Source: the human T2T-CHM13v2.0 reference genome, Homo sapiens. From it: 64,000 bases of DNA. The stretch's first letter is position 1; each line of letters starts with the position of its first letter. This document shows positions 1-12,075 of this stretch, in pieces. A model generated the notes under the pieces. The model searched no databases, had not been told where the DNA came from, and worked only from the letters and a program-made list of their open reading frames with translations. The position numbers and the translations under genes were made by a program. The stretch lies in the NCBI RefSeq assembly GCF_009914755.1, contig NC_060929.1. One strand, given 5' to 3'.

Positions 1-119
1 ATTACTAAAAGGCAGAGCTGTGGCCATCTGGCTCCACAGTTTGCATTTATCCACTACACCCTTGCCCTGAATATAATGGAAGCCATGCTGACTCATTCTT
101 CCTTAAAAGACTGACCTAT

Positions 120-1076
120 CAATTCAGAGGAGAGATGATGGTGATTGGGGTGAGATGGAGAGAAGCAGATGGGCTCGAGGAAACTTCCAGGTAAAATCAA
201 ATGCAACTGATGATATATTAGAGGCAGGTAATGAGAGAGAAGACCATATCAAGAATGACCACCCAACTTCTGGCTTGATTGGGTATTTACTAAAGTAGGA
301 AATGGCAAAAGAAGATGTTTGCTGAGGGACATTATGTTGGCAGTGGCAAATCCATATGGGTCTGCAGCAACCTCAATTCTTGACTCTCAGAGGAAAGAAT
401 TTGACCAAGGGGGCATAAAGCAGAGGGGGAGACTGGAACAAGTTTTAGAGTAGGAATGAAAGTTTATTAACAAGTTTTAGAGTAGGAATGAAAGGAAGTA
501 AAGCACACTTGGATGAGGGCCAAGCAGGCAACTTGAGAGAATCAAGTGCCTGGTTTGACCTTTGACTTGGGGTTTTATACACTGGCATTCTGCATGTGTG
601 GTGGCATGCCAGCACTTAGGAGAGGCTGCATGTGCATTGTGTTTACTGAAGTTACCTGTATGCTCACTTGAGGTGTTCTCCCCTTACCAGTTGAGCATTC
701 CTAGAGGAAGTTCACATACCAGTCAAACTCCACCATCTTGCCTCTTAGTGTACATGCTTGAGTCTGCTTGCCCAAATTCTGAGATCTTATCATCTTATCA
801 AGAAGCTACTGATCATCAGTTTCAGGTGTTTTCTAGTGGGAGACTGCCTTTCTGTTGCACAGGTTGCAACCAATTATTATTTTGGAGAGAAAGTTTAACC
901 AACCACCTGACCATCGCCTGATGGTCACCTGACATTCCTTGAAGCAGGGTGGGGAGTTGGGGGGGCTCTCTCTTGCCCAATAAAACTTATATTTGACAAC
1001 CTACCTATTCTAACAATTACAGATTTCTTTTCCATTAAGTTTGAGATGCTAAAGAAACATCAAGATAGATGTGTCT
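120..1076 (-). mobile_element. L2 LINE fragment (about 120-334 and 1016-1076) split by an LTR insertion
   Basis: Purine-rich antisense L2 body-like text (gagatggagagaagcagatgg...aagaatgacc...ttctggcttg...tttactaaagtagg) that resumes after the LTR (aagtttgagatgc...agatgtgtc). Confidence 0.55.
335..1015 (-). mobile_element. Solo ERV1-class LTR, MER50-like
   Basis: TG...CA termini (tgttggcagtggcaaatccatatgggtctgcagcaacctcaattc ... ctacctattctaaca). 4-bp TSD ATTA at 331-334 and 1016-1019, the length typical of ERV1. Confidence 0.8.
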
Positions 1077-1499
1077 CAAGCCCAAGTATTGGATCATTTT
1101 CACCCTACTTTCCCAACAGGAAGTAGAAGTAGGTGAGAAGTGTTGTCTGACTGCCCAGAGGATGGGAAGGCAGCCACAGTCCCATGGACAGGTGCTCAGA
1201 CTGCTCTCCAGGTCACCACAAGTCACTGTCTCTGGTAGCTCCTCAGGTGTATTCTCTGAGAGCTCTGTCTATAGTGGATATAGTGAATTCTTTGCCTTGA
1301 GGCTGGGTTGCTTTTTCTCTCTGACTAGGTCACATCTCCCTTATTGTTTGGGATGCAGTTCCTCATGAATACATTGCAAGTATGTTGATTTATGCATGAG
1401 GTCCTCCTGTGCCCTATTTAGGAAAGAGCATCCCTTTCTTGGATGTAGGAGTAGAGAGAGGTTCCATATACATAAGAATTTTCCAGACAAACAGAACCA

Positions 1500-2178
<679 letters not shown>

Positions 2179-2516
2179 TGTTGGACAGATAGATAGATTC
2201 ATTTTAAAGAATTGACTCATGTAATTATGGAGGCTGAGATGTTCTAAAATCTGCCATCTGAAAGCAGGAAACTCAGAAAAGCTGGTGCAATTGTCTGATC
2301 TTGAAAACCAGGGAAGACTATGGCGTAAATCCCAGTCTGATGGCAGAAGATGACATGACCTGTCTTAGTTAAAGCTGTGAGGGAGGAAAAAAGGGATAAA
2401 GGTCTCTTTTCTCTGTCTTTTGTTCTATTCAGGCCCTCAAAGGATTGGATGACGCCCAACTGCATTGAGGAAGGCATTCTACTTTACTGAATTTACTCAT
2501 TCTAATGCTAATCTCA

Positions 2517-2853
2517 AAGGTGGCTGGTTCTCAGGATGGGAGGGGAAATGATGGGGAAAGAGAAAATATTGATAAAAGGGTATAAAGTTAGAATTAGTGT
2601 GGAGGAATGAGTTTTAGTGATTGATTGCACTGCATGGTGACCACAATTAATTTAATAATATATTGTATATTTTTAAATTGCTGAAAGAATAGATTTTTAA
2701 TGTTCTCAACACAAAAAAGTTAAATTGGTGAGGTTATGGACATGTTAATTAGCTTCATTGACTCTATAATGTATATGTAGATCAAAACATTACTTTGTGT
2801 CCCATAATATACACAATTATTATTTGTCAATTAAAACAACAACCACAATAACA
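2517..2853 (+). mobile_element. 5'-truncated L1MA-type 3' end inserted in MLT2
   Basis: L1MA 3'UTR text (aaagggtataaagtt...gcatggtgacca...ttgctgaaagaatagatttt...tttgtcaattaaaa). Perfect 13-bp TSD AATGCTAATCTCA at 2504-2516 and 2854-2866. Confidence 0.85.
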
Positions 2854-3331
2854 AATGCTAATCTCACCTGGAAACATCCTCACAGACATACCCAGAAACA
2901 ATGTGTACTCTGGGCACCCTTTGGCCAGTCAAGTTAACACATAAAATTAACCTTCACAGGTTCAGAGTTGCTTAATCAGGTCCTCCCATTAGACACAAGG
3001 CCATTATTAAACTGTGATGCAGGCAACCCATGTGCAGAGAGCCAGGGAATGAGACCATTTGTTGTCAGCTGTGCGCTCAACCTATTTTCACTCTGAAGGG
3101 GGAAGTCAGAACACATAGTGAACTGCCTGACTTCCCTTCCTCTTTACTCTGGAATCAGAGAGAATTTGTTTCTCATTCCTTAATGCCTGGGACTTCACTG
3201 TACCTTATGTTCTTTTCTTCAAAGCTCATAACCCTCATCCCTTCTCTCTGGGTTACTGAATGCTGAAATATCTTTAGGAGAACATGAATTACTGGGAGAA
3301 TGAAAATACACATCTCTAAAAATACAGTTTA

Positions 3332-3660
3332 GGCTGGGCGCGGTGGTTCACACCTGTAATCCCAGCACTTTGGGAATCCGAAGCAGGTGGATCACCTGAG
3401 GTCAGGAGTTCAAGAACAGCCTGGCCAATGTGGTGAAACCCCGTCTCTACTAAAAATACAAAAATTAGCTGGACATGGTGGTGGGCGCTTGTAATCCTAG
3501 CTACTCAGGAGGCTGAGGCAGGAAAATCACTTGAACCCAGGAGGTGGAGTTTGCAGTGAGCCGAGATCGTGCCATTTCACTCCAGCCTGGGCAACAAGAG
3601 CAAAACTCAATCTCAAAAAACAAACAACAAACAAACAAACAAACAAACAAAATTAAAAAA
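3332..3660 (+). mobile_element. AluS (Sq-like) with (CAAA)n tail
   Basis: Full dimer with the gggcaacaagagcaaaactc diagnostic. Flanks share ...agttta. Confidence 0.92.
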
Positions 3661-4679
3661 AGTTTAATTATTTCAAAATAATTTTTTCATTGCACTGATT
3701 ATTCACAAATGAGTTTTCATTATCATACCTTCATACTCAGCAGGAATTTAGATGTTATATTAGAAAGATGGTTTCTAGCCATTGTTACTACTGCTCAATT
3801 TTAGGTACAAATTAGAAAATTGGATGAGTCTTTTAACTTCCCAAATGAGAGAATGTTTAAAGGAGTCCAGTGAATTTAGAGAGTGGATGTACTTGAGTAA
3901 AAAGGTCTGTAGTTTACAGACTGAAGATGAGATGAAACAAATGGTATATATCTTGGGATATTGAGAAGTTAAATTTATTCAACACAACTTTTTGATGTTT
4001 GACGATTGCTATATTTAACTCAGCATCCCACTGTGCTTTGATTGAGATACCCTGTAAGAACTGCTGTTTCAAACCATAAAATACAAATATAAAATTTATT
4101 TTGTTAGTTTGTGAAACTTCAAATCATGCGTTGAATTTCTGTAATTTGATATGTTTTCAGATTTCTCTGTCAATAAGGTATCCTAGAAATCTCTACAGAC
4201 AGACTGATTCAATCTTGGCTTATTCAACACAAATTATATTTTATTTCTATTGAATTATGTTTTACACCCAAACAGTAGGATATAAGGCACCTTTGTAAAT
4301 AATCTCCTAAATTCTGTTTTCATGAATCTATTAAAATCTGACAAACTTCCTGAGATCAACATTCACGGGTGTCTGCCTATCCTCTAGTTTTGCATTATTT
4401 TCATTATGTTTTTTGGCTTCAGCCTCCTTCCTCATTTTTAGTAAAAAAGAAATCTTCCTTAGGCTCATCATGCTACATTATCTTTTTTGAGGAAAGAAAA
4501 CTATATTTATTTTACTGAGGAGACAAATAGAAGCTAGTGAAGTAATTTGTTTACAGTCATAGGTTTTTCATGCTAGGAATATTATTTCTTAGTTCCTCTG
4601 GTAAGTAAATTCCATTATTCTTTCTTCGTCAAGTTTTTCTAAATCTAAAACAACTCTCATGCTCCTTTACCTTCCTTTT

Positions 4680-7600
4680 AAAAAATATTTTTAATTTTTA
4701 ATTTTTGTGGGTACATACTAAGTGTATATATTTATGGGGTATGTTAGATATTTTGATACAGGAATACAATGCATAATAATCACATCAGGATAAACAGGGA
4801 ATTCATTACCTCTACCATTTATTCTTTCTTTGTGTTACAAACAATACAATTGTACTCTTAGAGTTATTTAAAATATACAATAAATTATTGTTAACTGTAG
4901 TCACTCTGTTATGCTATCAAATACTAGGTCTTATTCATTCGTTCTAACTATATTTTTTTCTAACTATATTTTTGCACCCATTAACCATCTCCACTTCCCC
5001 CCACCATTACCCTTCCCTGCCTCTGATAAACAGCCTTCCTATCACCATGTGTTCTATTATTTTAGTGTTTAGCTCTCACAGATAAGTGAGACCATGTGAT
5101 GTTTCTCTTTCTGTGCCTGGCTTATTTTATTTAACATAATGATCTCCAGTTCCATCCATGTTGTTGCAAATGACATTCTTTGTTATGGCTGACTAGTACT
5201 CCATTGTGTATGTTACCACATTTTCTTTATCCATTCCTCTGTTCATGGACGCTTAGGGTTACTTCCAAATGGAGGCTATTGTGAATAGTGCCACAATAAA
5301 ATGGGAATGCAGACTTTTGGGGGTATATGAGTGGGATTGCTGAATCATATGGTAGTTCTATTTTTAGAGTTTGAGGAACCTTCAAACTGTTCTGCAAAGT
5401 GGTTGTACTAATTTACACATTCACCAACAGTGTAGGCAGGTTCCCTTTCCTCTATATCCTCACCAGCATTCGTTATTGCCTGTCTTTTGGATAAAAGCCA
5501 TGTTAACTGGCGTGAGATGATATTTCATTATAGTTTCAATTTGCATTTCTCTAATAATCAGTGACATTGAGCACATTTTCATATACCTGTTTGCCATTTA
5601 TATATCCTCTTTGGAGTAATATCTATTTAGGTATTTTGCCTATGTTTTAATTGGATTATTAGATTTTTTTCTATAGAGTTGTTTGAGAGCTATATGTGTG
5701 TGTATATATATATCCTTGTATATATTAATATATATATATATCCTTGTATATATTAATACAACGTTATTAATCCCTTGTCAGATAGATTGTTTGCAAATAT
5801 TTTCTCCGATTCTGTTAATTGTCTCTTCACTTTGTTGACTGTTTCCTTTGCTGTGCAGAAGCTTTCAAATGATGTTATTTCATTTGTTCATTTTTGCTTT
5901 GGTTGTGTGTGCTTGTGAAACATTACTCAAGAAATCTTTGTCCAGTCTGACATCTTGGAGAGTTTCCCCAATGGTCTCTTTTACTAGTTTCAGAGTTTGA
6001 GGTGTTAGACTTATTCTTTAACCCATTTTGATTTAATGTTTCTATATGACAAGAGATACGGGTTTAGTTTCAGTCTTTTGCATATGGATATCCAGTTTTC
6101 CCAGCATGATTTATTGAAGAGACTGTCCTTTTCCCAATGTATATTCTTGGCAACTTTGTTAAAAATGGTCTCACTGTAGACCTGTGGATTTGTTTCTGGG
6201 TTCTCTATTCTGTTCCATCAGTCTATGTCTCGGTTTTGTACCAGTACCATGCTGGTTTGTTTACTATAGTTCTGTAGTATAATTTGAGGTCAGGTATGTG
6301 ATTCATCCAGTTTTGTTCTTTTTGCTCACAATAGCTTTGACTATTCTGGGTCTGTTGTGGTTTTGTATAAATTTTAGGATTAGTTTTCCTATTTTTGTGA
6401 AGAATGTCATTGGTATTTTAATATGGATTGCATTCAAACTGTAGATTGCTTTGAGTAGTATGAAAATTCTAACAATGTTGATTCTTCTGATCCATAAATA
6501 TGGAATATCTTTCCATGTTGTGTGTCCTCTTCAATTTCTTTCATCAGTGTTTTACAGTTTTCATTGTAGATGTCTTTTGTCAGTTAACTCTTAGATATTT
6601 AATTTTATTTACAGCTATTTAAATGTGATTACTTTCTTGATATCTTCTTCAGATTGTTCACTGTTAGCATATAGAAATGCTACTAATTTTTGTATGTTGA
6701 TTTTGTATCCTGCAACTTTACTACATTTGTTCTAATAGTTTTTTGGTAGGGTCTTTAGGTTTTTTCAAATATAAGATCATATCATCTGTAAACAAAGATA
6801 ATATGACTTATTGTCTTCCAATTTGGATGCCTTTCATTTCTTTCTCTTGTCTGATTACTGTAGCAAAGGCATTCAGTCTATGTTGCATAACAGTGGTGAA
6901 AGTGGGCATCCTTGTTGTGCTCCAGATCTTAGAAAGAAGGCTTTTAGTTTTTCCTCATTCAGCATGATACTAGCTGTGGTTCTGTCGTATATGGCTTTTA
7001 CTGTGTTCAGGTATATTCCTTCTATAACCAGGTTTTTGTGGGTTATTATCACGAAGGGATGTTAAATTTTATCAAATGGTTTCTCAGCCTTCAGTTGAAA
7101 TGACTGTATGATTTTTGTCCTTCATTCTATTGATATGGTGTATCACATTGATTTATTTGTGTATGTTGGATCATCTGCATCCCTGGGATAACTCCCATTT
7201 GGTCAAGATGTGTTTTTAATTGTTTTGTGGAATTTAGTTTGCTAGCATGAGAATATTTGCATCAATCTTCATCAGGGATATTGGTATATAGTTTTCTTTT
7301 TTGGATATGTCTTTGGTTTTGTTATCAGGTAATACTGGCCTCGTAGACTGAGTTTGGAAGTATTTCCTCCTCTATTTTTCAGAATAGTTTGCATAAGGTT
7401 GGTATTAGTCCTTCTCTAAATGTTTGGCAGAATTTAACAGTGAAACCATTGGGTCCTGGGCTTTTCTTTGCTGGGAGACTTTTTATCACACTTTCAATCT
7501 CATTATTTGTTATTGGTCTGTTTGGGTTATTGATTTTTTTCATGCTTCAATCTTGATTAGTTTTATGTGTCCAGGAAATTATCAATTTCTTCCAGGATTT

Positions 7601-10600
7601 CTAATTTATTGGTACACAGTTGCTCATAGTAGCCACTAATGATCCTCTGAATGGTTGTAATATTTCATTTTTCATCTCTGATCTTATTTACTTGGGTCTT
7701 CTCTATTTTTTTTATTATTTAATGGCAAAAACCACAATTACTTTTGCACCAGCCTAATAGTCTGGCTACAGGTTTGTCAAGTTTGTTTATCTTTTCAAAA
7801 AAGCAACTTATCTGTTCCTTGATCTTTTGTATTGCTTTCTTCATTCCAGTTTCATTTATTTCTGCTCTGATTTTTATTATTTATTTTCTTCTTCTACCAG
7901 TTTAGGTTTTGGTTTGCTCTTGCTTTCCTGATTCTTTAAGATCCATCATTAGGTGGTTTATTTGAAGTTTTTCTACTTTTTCGGTATATGCACGTATAGC
8001 TATAAACTTCCCACTTCGTACTGCTTTTGCTGTATCCCATAGGTTTCCATTATCACTTGGTTCAAAATTTTTTTAAATTTCTGCTTAATTTCTTCATTGA
8101 TTCAGTAGTCATTCAGGGGCATATTGTTTAATTCCCATGTGTTTGCATAGTTTCCAAAATTCCTCTTGTTATTGATTTCTAGTTGTATTCCTTTGTGGTC
8201 AGAGAAGATACTTGATATAATTTTAATTTCTTTTGAATTTGTAAAGATTTTTATGTGGCTTAATGTATAGTTTACCCTTGAGAATGACCCATGTGCTGAG
8301 GAGAACAATGTGTATTCTGTAGCCATTGGATGAAATGTTTTATAAATATCTATCAGTTCCATTTGATCTGTAGTGCAGATTAAGTCCAATGTTTCTTGGT
8401 TGATTTTCTGGGTCATCTGTCTCATGCTGAAAATGGGATGTTGAAGTCTCTAGCCATTATTGGATTGGAGTCTATCTCCTTAGCTCAAATAATATTTGTG
8501 TTATATACCTGGTTGTTTTATCCTCTTGTTGAATTGAACCCTTTATTATAATATAATGACCTTTTTGTCTCTTTTTATGTTTTGTCTTGAAATCTATTTT
8601 GTCTGATACAAGTATACTACTCCTACTTTTTTCTGGTTTCCATTGACATGGACTATCTTTTTCCATCCCTTTATTTTTAGTCTATGTGTATCTTTATAGC
8701 TGAAGTGTGTTTCTTGCATGCAACAGATTGTTGAGTCTTGTTTTTTATTCATTTAGCCACCTATCTTTTGATTCTGGAGTTTAATTCACTTACTCTCAAT
8801 GTTATAATTAATAAGTAATGAGTTATTCACACCAGTTTGCTATTTGTTTACTGGTTATTTTGTTGTCTGTCTTCATTCCTTCCTTCCTCTGTTCTGTGTA
8901 GTGAAGGTCATTTTCTCTAGTAGTATGTTTTAATTTCTTGCTTTTTATTTTTTGTGTATTTGCTGTATGTTTTTTATTTGATATTACCATGAATCTTGCA
9001 AATAATATTTTATTTTTTTTGCAAATAATATTTTATAACCCATTATTTTAAACTTATTTTAACACTTATTGCATAAGCAAACAAATTACCACACAAACAA
9101 AGAAAAAACTAATAAAACTCTCACTTTATCCCTGGCTTTTTAACTTTTTGTGGTTTTTATTTATATCTTATTACATTGCCTATGTCTTGAAAAGTTGTTG
9201 TAATTTTTTGATATGTTCATCTTTTAGTCTTTCTACTCAAGATATGAATAGTTTATATATAACAATTACAGTATAATAATATTCTGTTTTTCATGTGCTT
9301 ACTGCTACCAGTGAGTTTTATAACTTTAGATGATTTTTTTGCTCATTAACATTCTTTTCCTTGAGATTAAAGAACTCCTTATAGCATTTCTTGTAAGAAA
9401 AATTTGGTGTTGATGAAATCCCTCAGCTTCTGTTTCTCTGGGAAGTCTTTATTTCTCTTTCATGTTTCAAGGATATTTTCACTGGATATATTATTCTAGG
9501 ATGAAAGGCTTTTTATTTCCTTCATCACTTTAAATATGCCGTACCCCTCTTTCCTGGACTCTAAGGTTTCCACTGAGAAGTCTGCTGCTGGACATACTAG
9601 AGCTCTATTGTATGTTATTTGTTTCTTTTCTCTTGCTGCTTTTAGAATCCTTTCTTTTTTCTTGACTTTTGGGAATTTACTTATTAAATGTCTTGAGATA
9701 GTCTTATTTGAGTTAACTTTTCTTGGTGTTCTATAAACTTCTTGTGCCTAAATATTGATCTCTTTCTTTAGGTTTGAGAACTTCTCTGTTATTATTCCTT
9801 TGAATGCACTTTTTATCAATATCTCTTTCTCTACCTCCTCTTTAAGGCCAATAACTTTTAGATTTGCTCTTTTGGGGCTATTTTCTAGATTTTGTAGATA
9901 TGTTTCATTATTTTACAATTTTTTTTTCTTTTTTCTCCTCTGACTGTGTATTTTCAATTAGCCTATCTTCAAATTTACTAATATTTATTTCCTTTGTCAA
10001 TTCTGCCATTAAAATAACTCTGATGCATTCTTTAGAATGTCATTTGCATTTGTCATCTCTAGAATTTATACTTGATTCTTTTTAGTTATTTTAATCTCTT
10101 TGTTAAATTTATCTTATAGAATTCTAAATTTCTTCTCTGTGCTATCTTGAATTTTATTGAGTTTCGTCAAAACAGTTATTTTGAATTCTCTGAAAGGTTA
10201 CATATCTTTGTTTCTCCAGGATTGGTCCCTGGTGTCTTATTTGGCCTGTTTGGTGAGGTCATGTTTTCCTGGATGTTTTTGGTGCTTGTGGATGTTCACT
10301 GATGTCTGAGCATTGAAGAGTTGGGTATTTATCATAGTCTTCATGTCTGGGCTTTTTATACTTGTTCTTCTTGAGAAGGCTTTTAACTGCTTGAAGGGAT
10401 TTGGGAGTTGTGATATAAACTTTTGGTAATTACAGCCATATCTACATTAGGGGGAACCCCAAGACCAGTAATGCTATGGCTCTTTCATACTCATAGGGAT
10501 ACCACCTTGGTGGTCTTGGATAAGATATGGAAGAATTATCTGGATTACCAGGCAGAGACTCTTGTTCTCTTCTCTTACTTTCTCCCAAACAAATGGAGTT

Positions 10601-12075
10601 TCTCTCTGCAGTGGGCTGCCTGGAGCTGGGGGAGGGATGACACAAACACTGCAGTGGCCACTGCCACTGGGACTATGTTGGGTTAGGCCTGAAGCCAGCA
10701 CAGCACTGGTTCTCACCAACGCCTGCATTAACCACTGCTGTCTACCACCTATGTTTGTTCTAGAACCTAGGGCTCTACAGTCAGCATATGGTGAATGAAG
10801 CTAGCCAGGCTTGGGTCCTCCTCTTCAGGGTGGTAAACTCCCCCTGGTCCTGGGTAGATCCAGATATGCTATGCAGGAGTCAGGGCCTGGAGTTGGAAAC
10901 CTTTGGAGTCTACCTGATTTTCTATTCTATTGTGGCTGATGTGGCAACGAAACCACAGAAGGAGCTCCTTCCCAGTTTTCTATATCCTTTCCACAAGAAG
11001 AGTCCACCACCATCCCAGGCCTGTGGCAAATACTGCCTGGAGATGACCGATGTTCACCCATGGCCCAAGGGCTCTTCGGTCATCTTGTGGCGAATGCCGC
11101 CAGACCTAGGACTCTCCCTTCAGGGAAGTGGGCTCCCCTCTGGCCCAGGGTAGGTTCAGAAATACTATCCAGGAGGCAAGACCTGGAATCAGGGATTCCA
11201 ATTGCCTGTTTGGTGCTCCATCCTACTGTGGCCAAGCTGGTACCTATACTGCAAAACCAAGTTCTCTTTACTCTTTCCTCTCCATTTCTCAAGCAGAAGG
11301 AGTTTTTCCCCATAGTTACTATAGCTGGGAATGTGTTGGGTCAACCCAAAGCTAACACATATCTGAGTCCCACACAAAGCCCTTATTAGTACCATCTGGC
11401 TACTGCTGCTTCTTATTCATGGCCCAATTGCTCCTTAGTCAGCAGGTAATAAATCCTGCAAGGACTAGGCTCTTCCCTCCAAGGCAACAGATCACATTTT
11501 GGCCCAGGGTGTGTCTAGAAATATCATCCACAAGCTATGGCCTGGAATGGAGTCCCCAGGACTCAGCCTGTTGTCCTATCCTACTGTGGCTAAAGGGCTA
11601 TCTAAGTTGCAAGACCAAGTCCTCTTTACTCTTCCATCTCCTCTCCTTAAGCAGAGGAAAGGGGTCTAGCCTGGAGCGGCGAGCTGTGCTGCCTTGGGTT
11701 GTAGGAGTGGTGGTGCAAGCACTCCCTTGGCTTCCCCGGCTATTGTATCACTAGTTTGTGTGCCCCCCAGGTTGACTGGCTCTCAGTCTGATACAGCACT
11801 AGGACTTGCCAAGGCATCAAAGTTCTTGCTCTCTAGACTGCCTCTCAAGATTATCTGGGACTCCAGAACACTTTGGTTCTCAGCTGAGTTCTTCCTGGTG
11901 TTTTTTCCACTGTGACAGGCAGCACTAAGTACCAATGCAAAGTCTCACAATCACTGTGCTCTCCCTCCCTCAAGCATACAGATTCTCTCTGCATGCCACA
12001 CAGCTACTCCCAGGGAACTGGTGGGGTTGGCAATTGAAGACTTTCTTTCGTGTCTTCTTCAGTGCCTCTTTTTCA
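4680..12075 (-). mobile_element. Near full-length, decayed L1MA (L1MA2/3-like) LINE-1, about 7.4 kb
   Basis: Antisense 3'UTR (tttttgtgggtacata...ttatggggta...ttttgatacagg), then antisense ORF2 with endonuclease peptides on the minus strand (IYKTFHP..EYTLFSSAHGSFSR, IFSDHKGIQLEINNKRN; 8102-8666), a long inter-ORF region, ORF1 (about 9350-10400) and a GC-richer 5'UTR (about 10400-12075). ORFs are broken by stops and frameshifts. Confidence 0.9.
7717..7757. mobile_element. Half MADE1 (solo Hsmar1 TIR) inside L1
   Basis: tttaatggcaaaaaccacaattacttttgcaccagcctaa followed by TA matches one arm of the MADE1 palindrome. L1 text resumes right after. Confidence 0.85.

Noticed and set aside
10423-11915. 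Cluster of overlapping 70-120 aa ORFs
   Set aside because: They lie in the GC-richer L1 5'UTR, where stop codons are rarer, and show no coherent protein.
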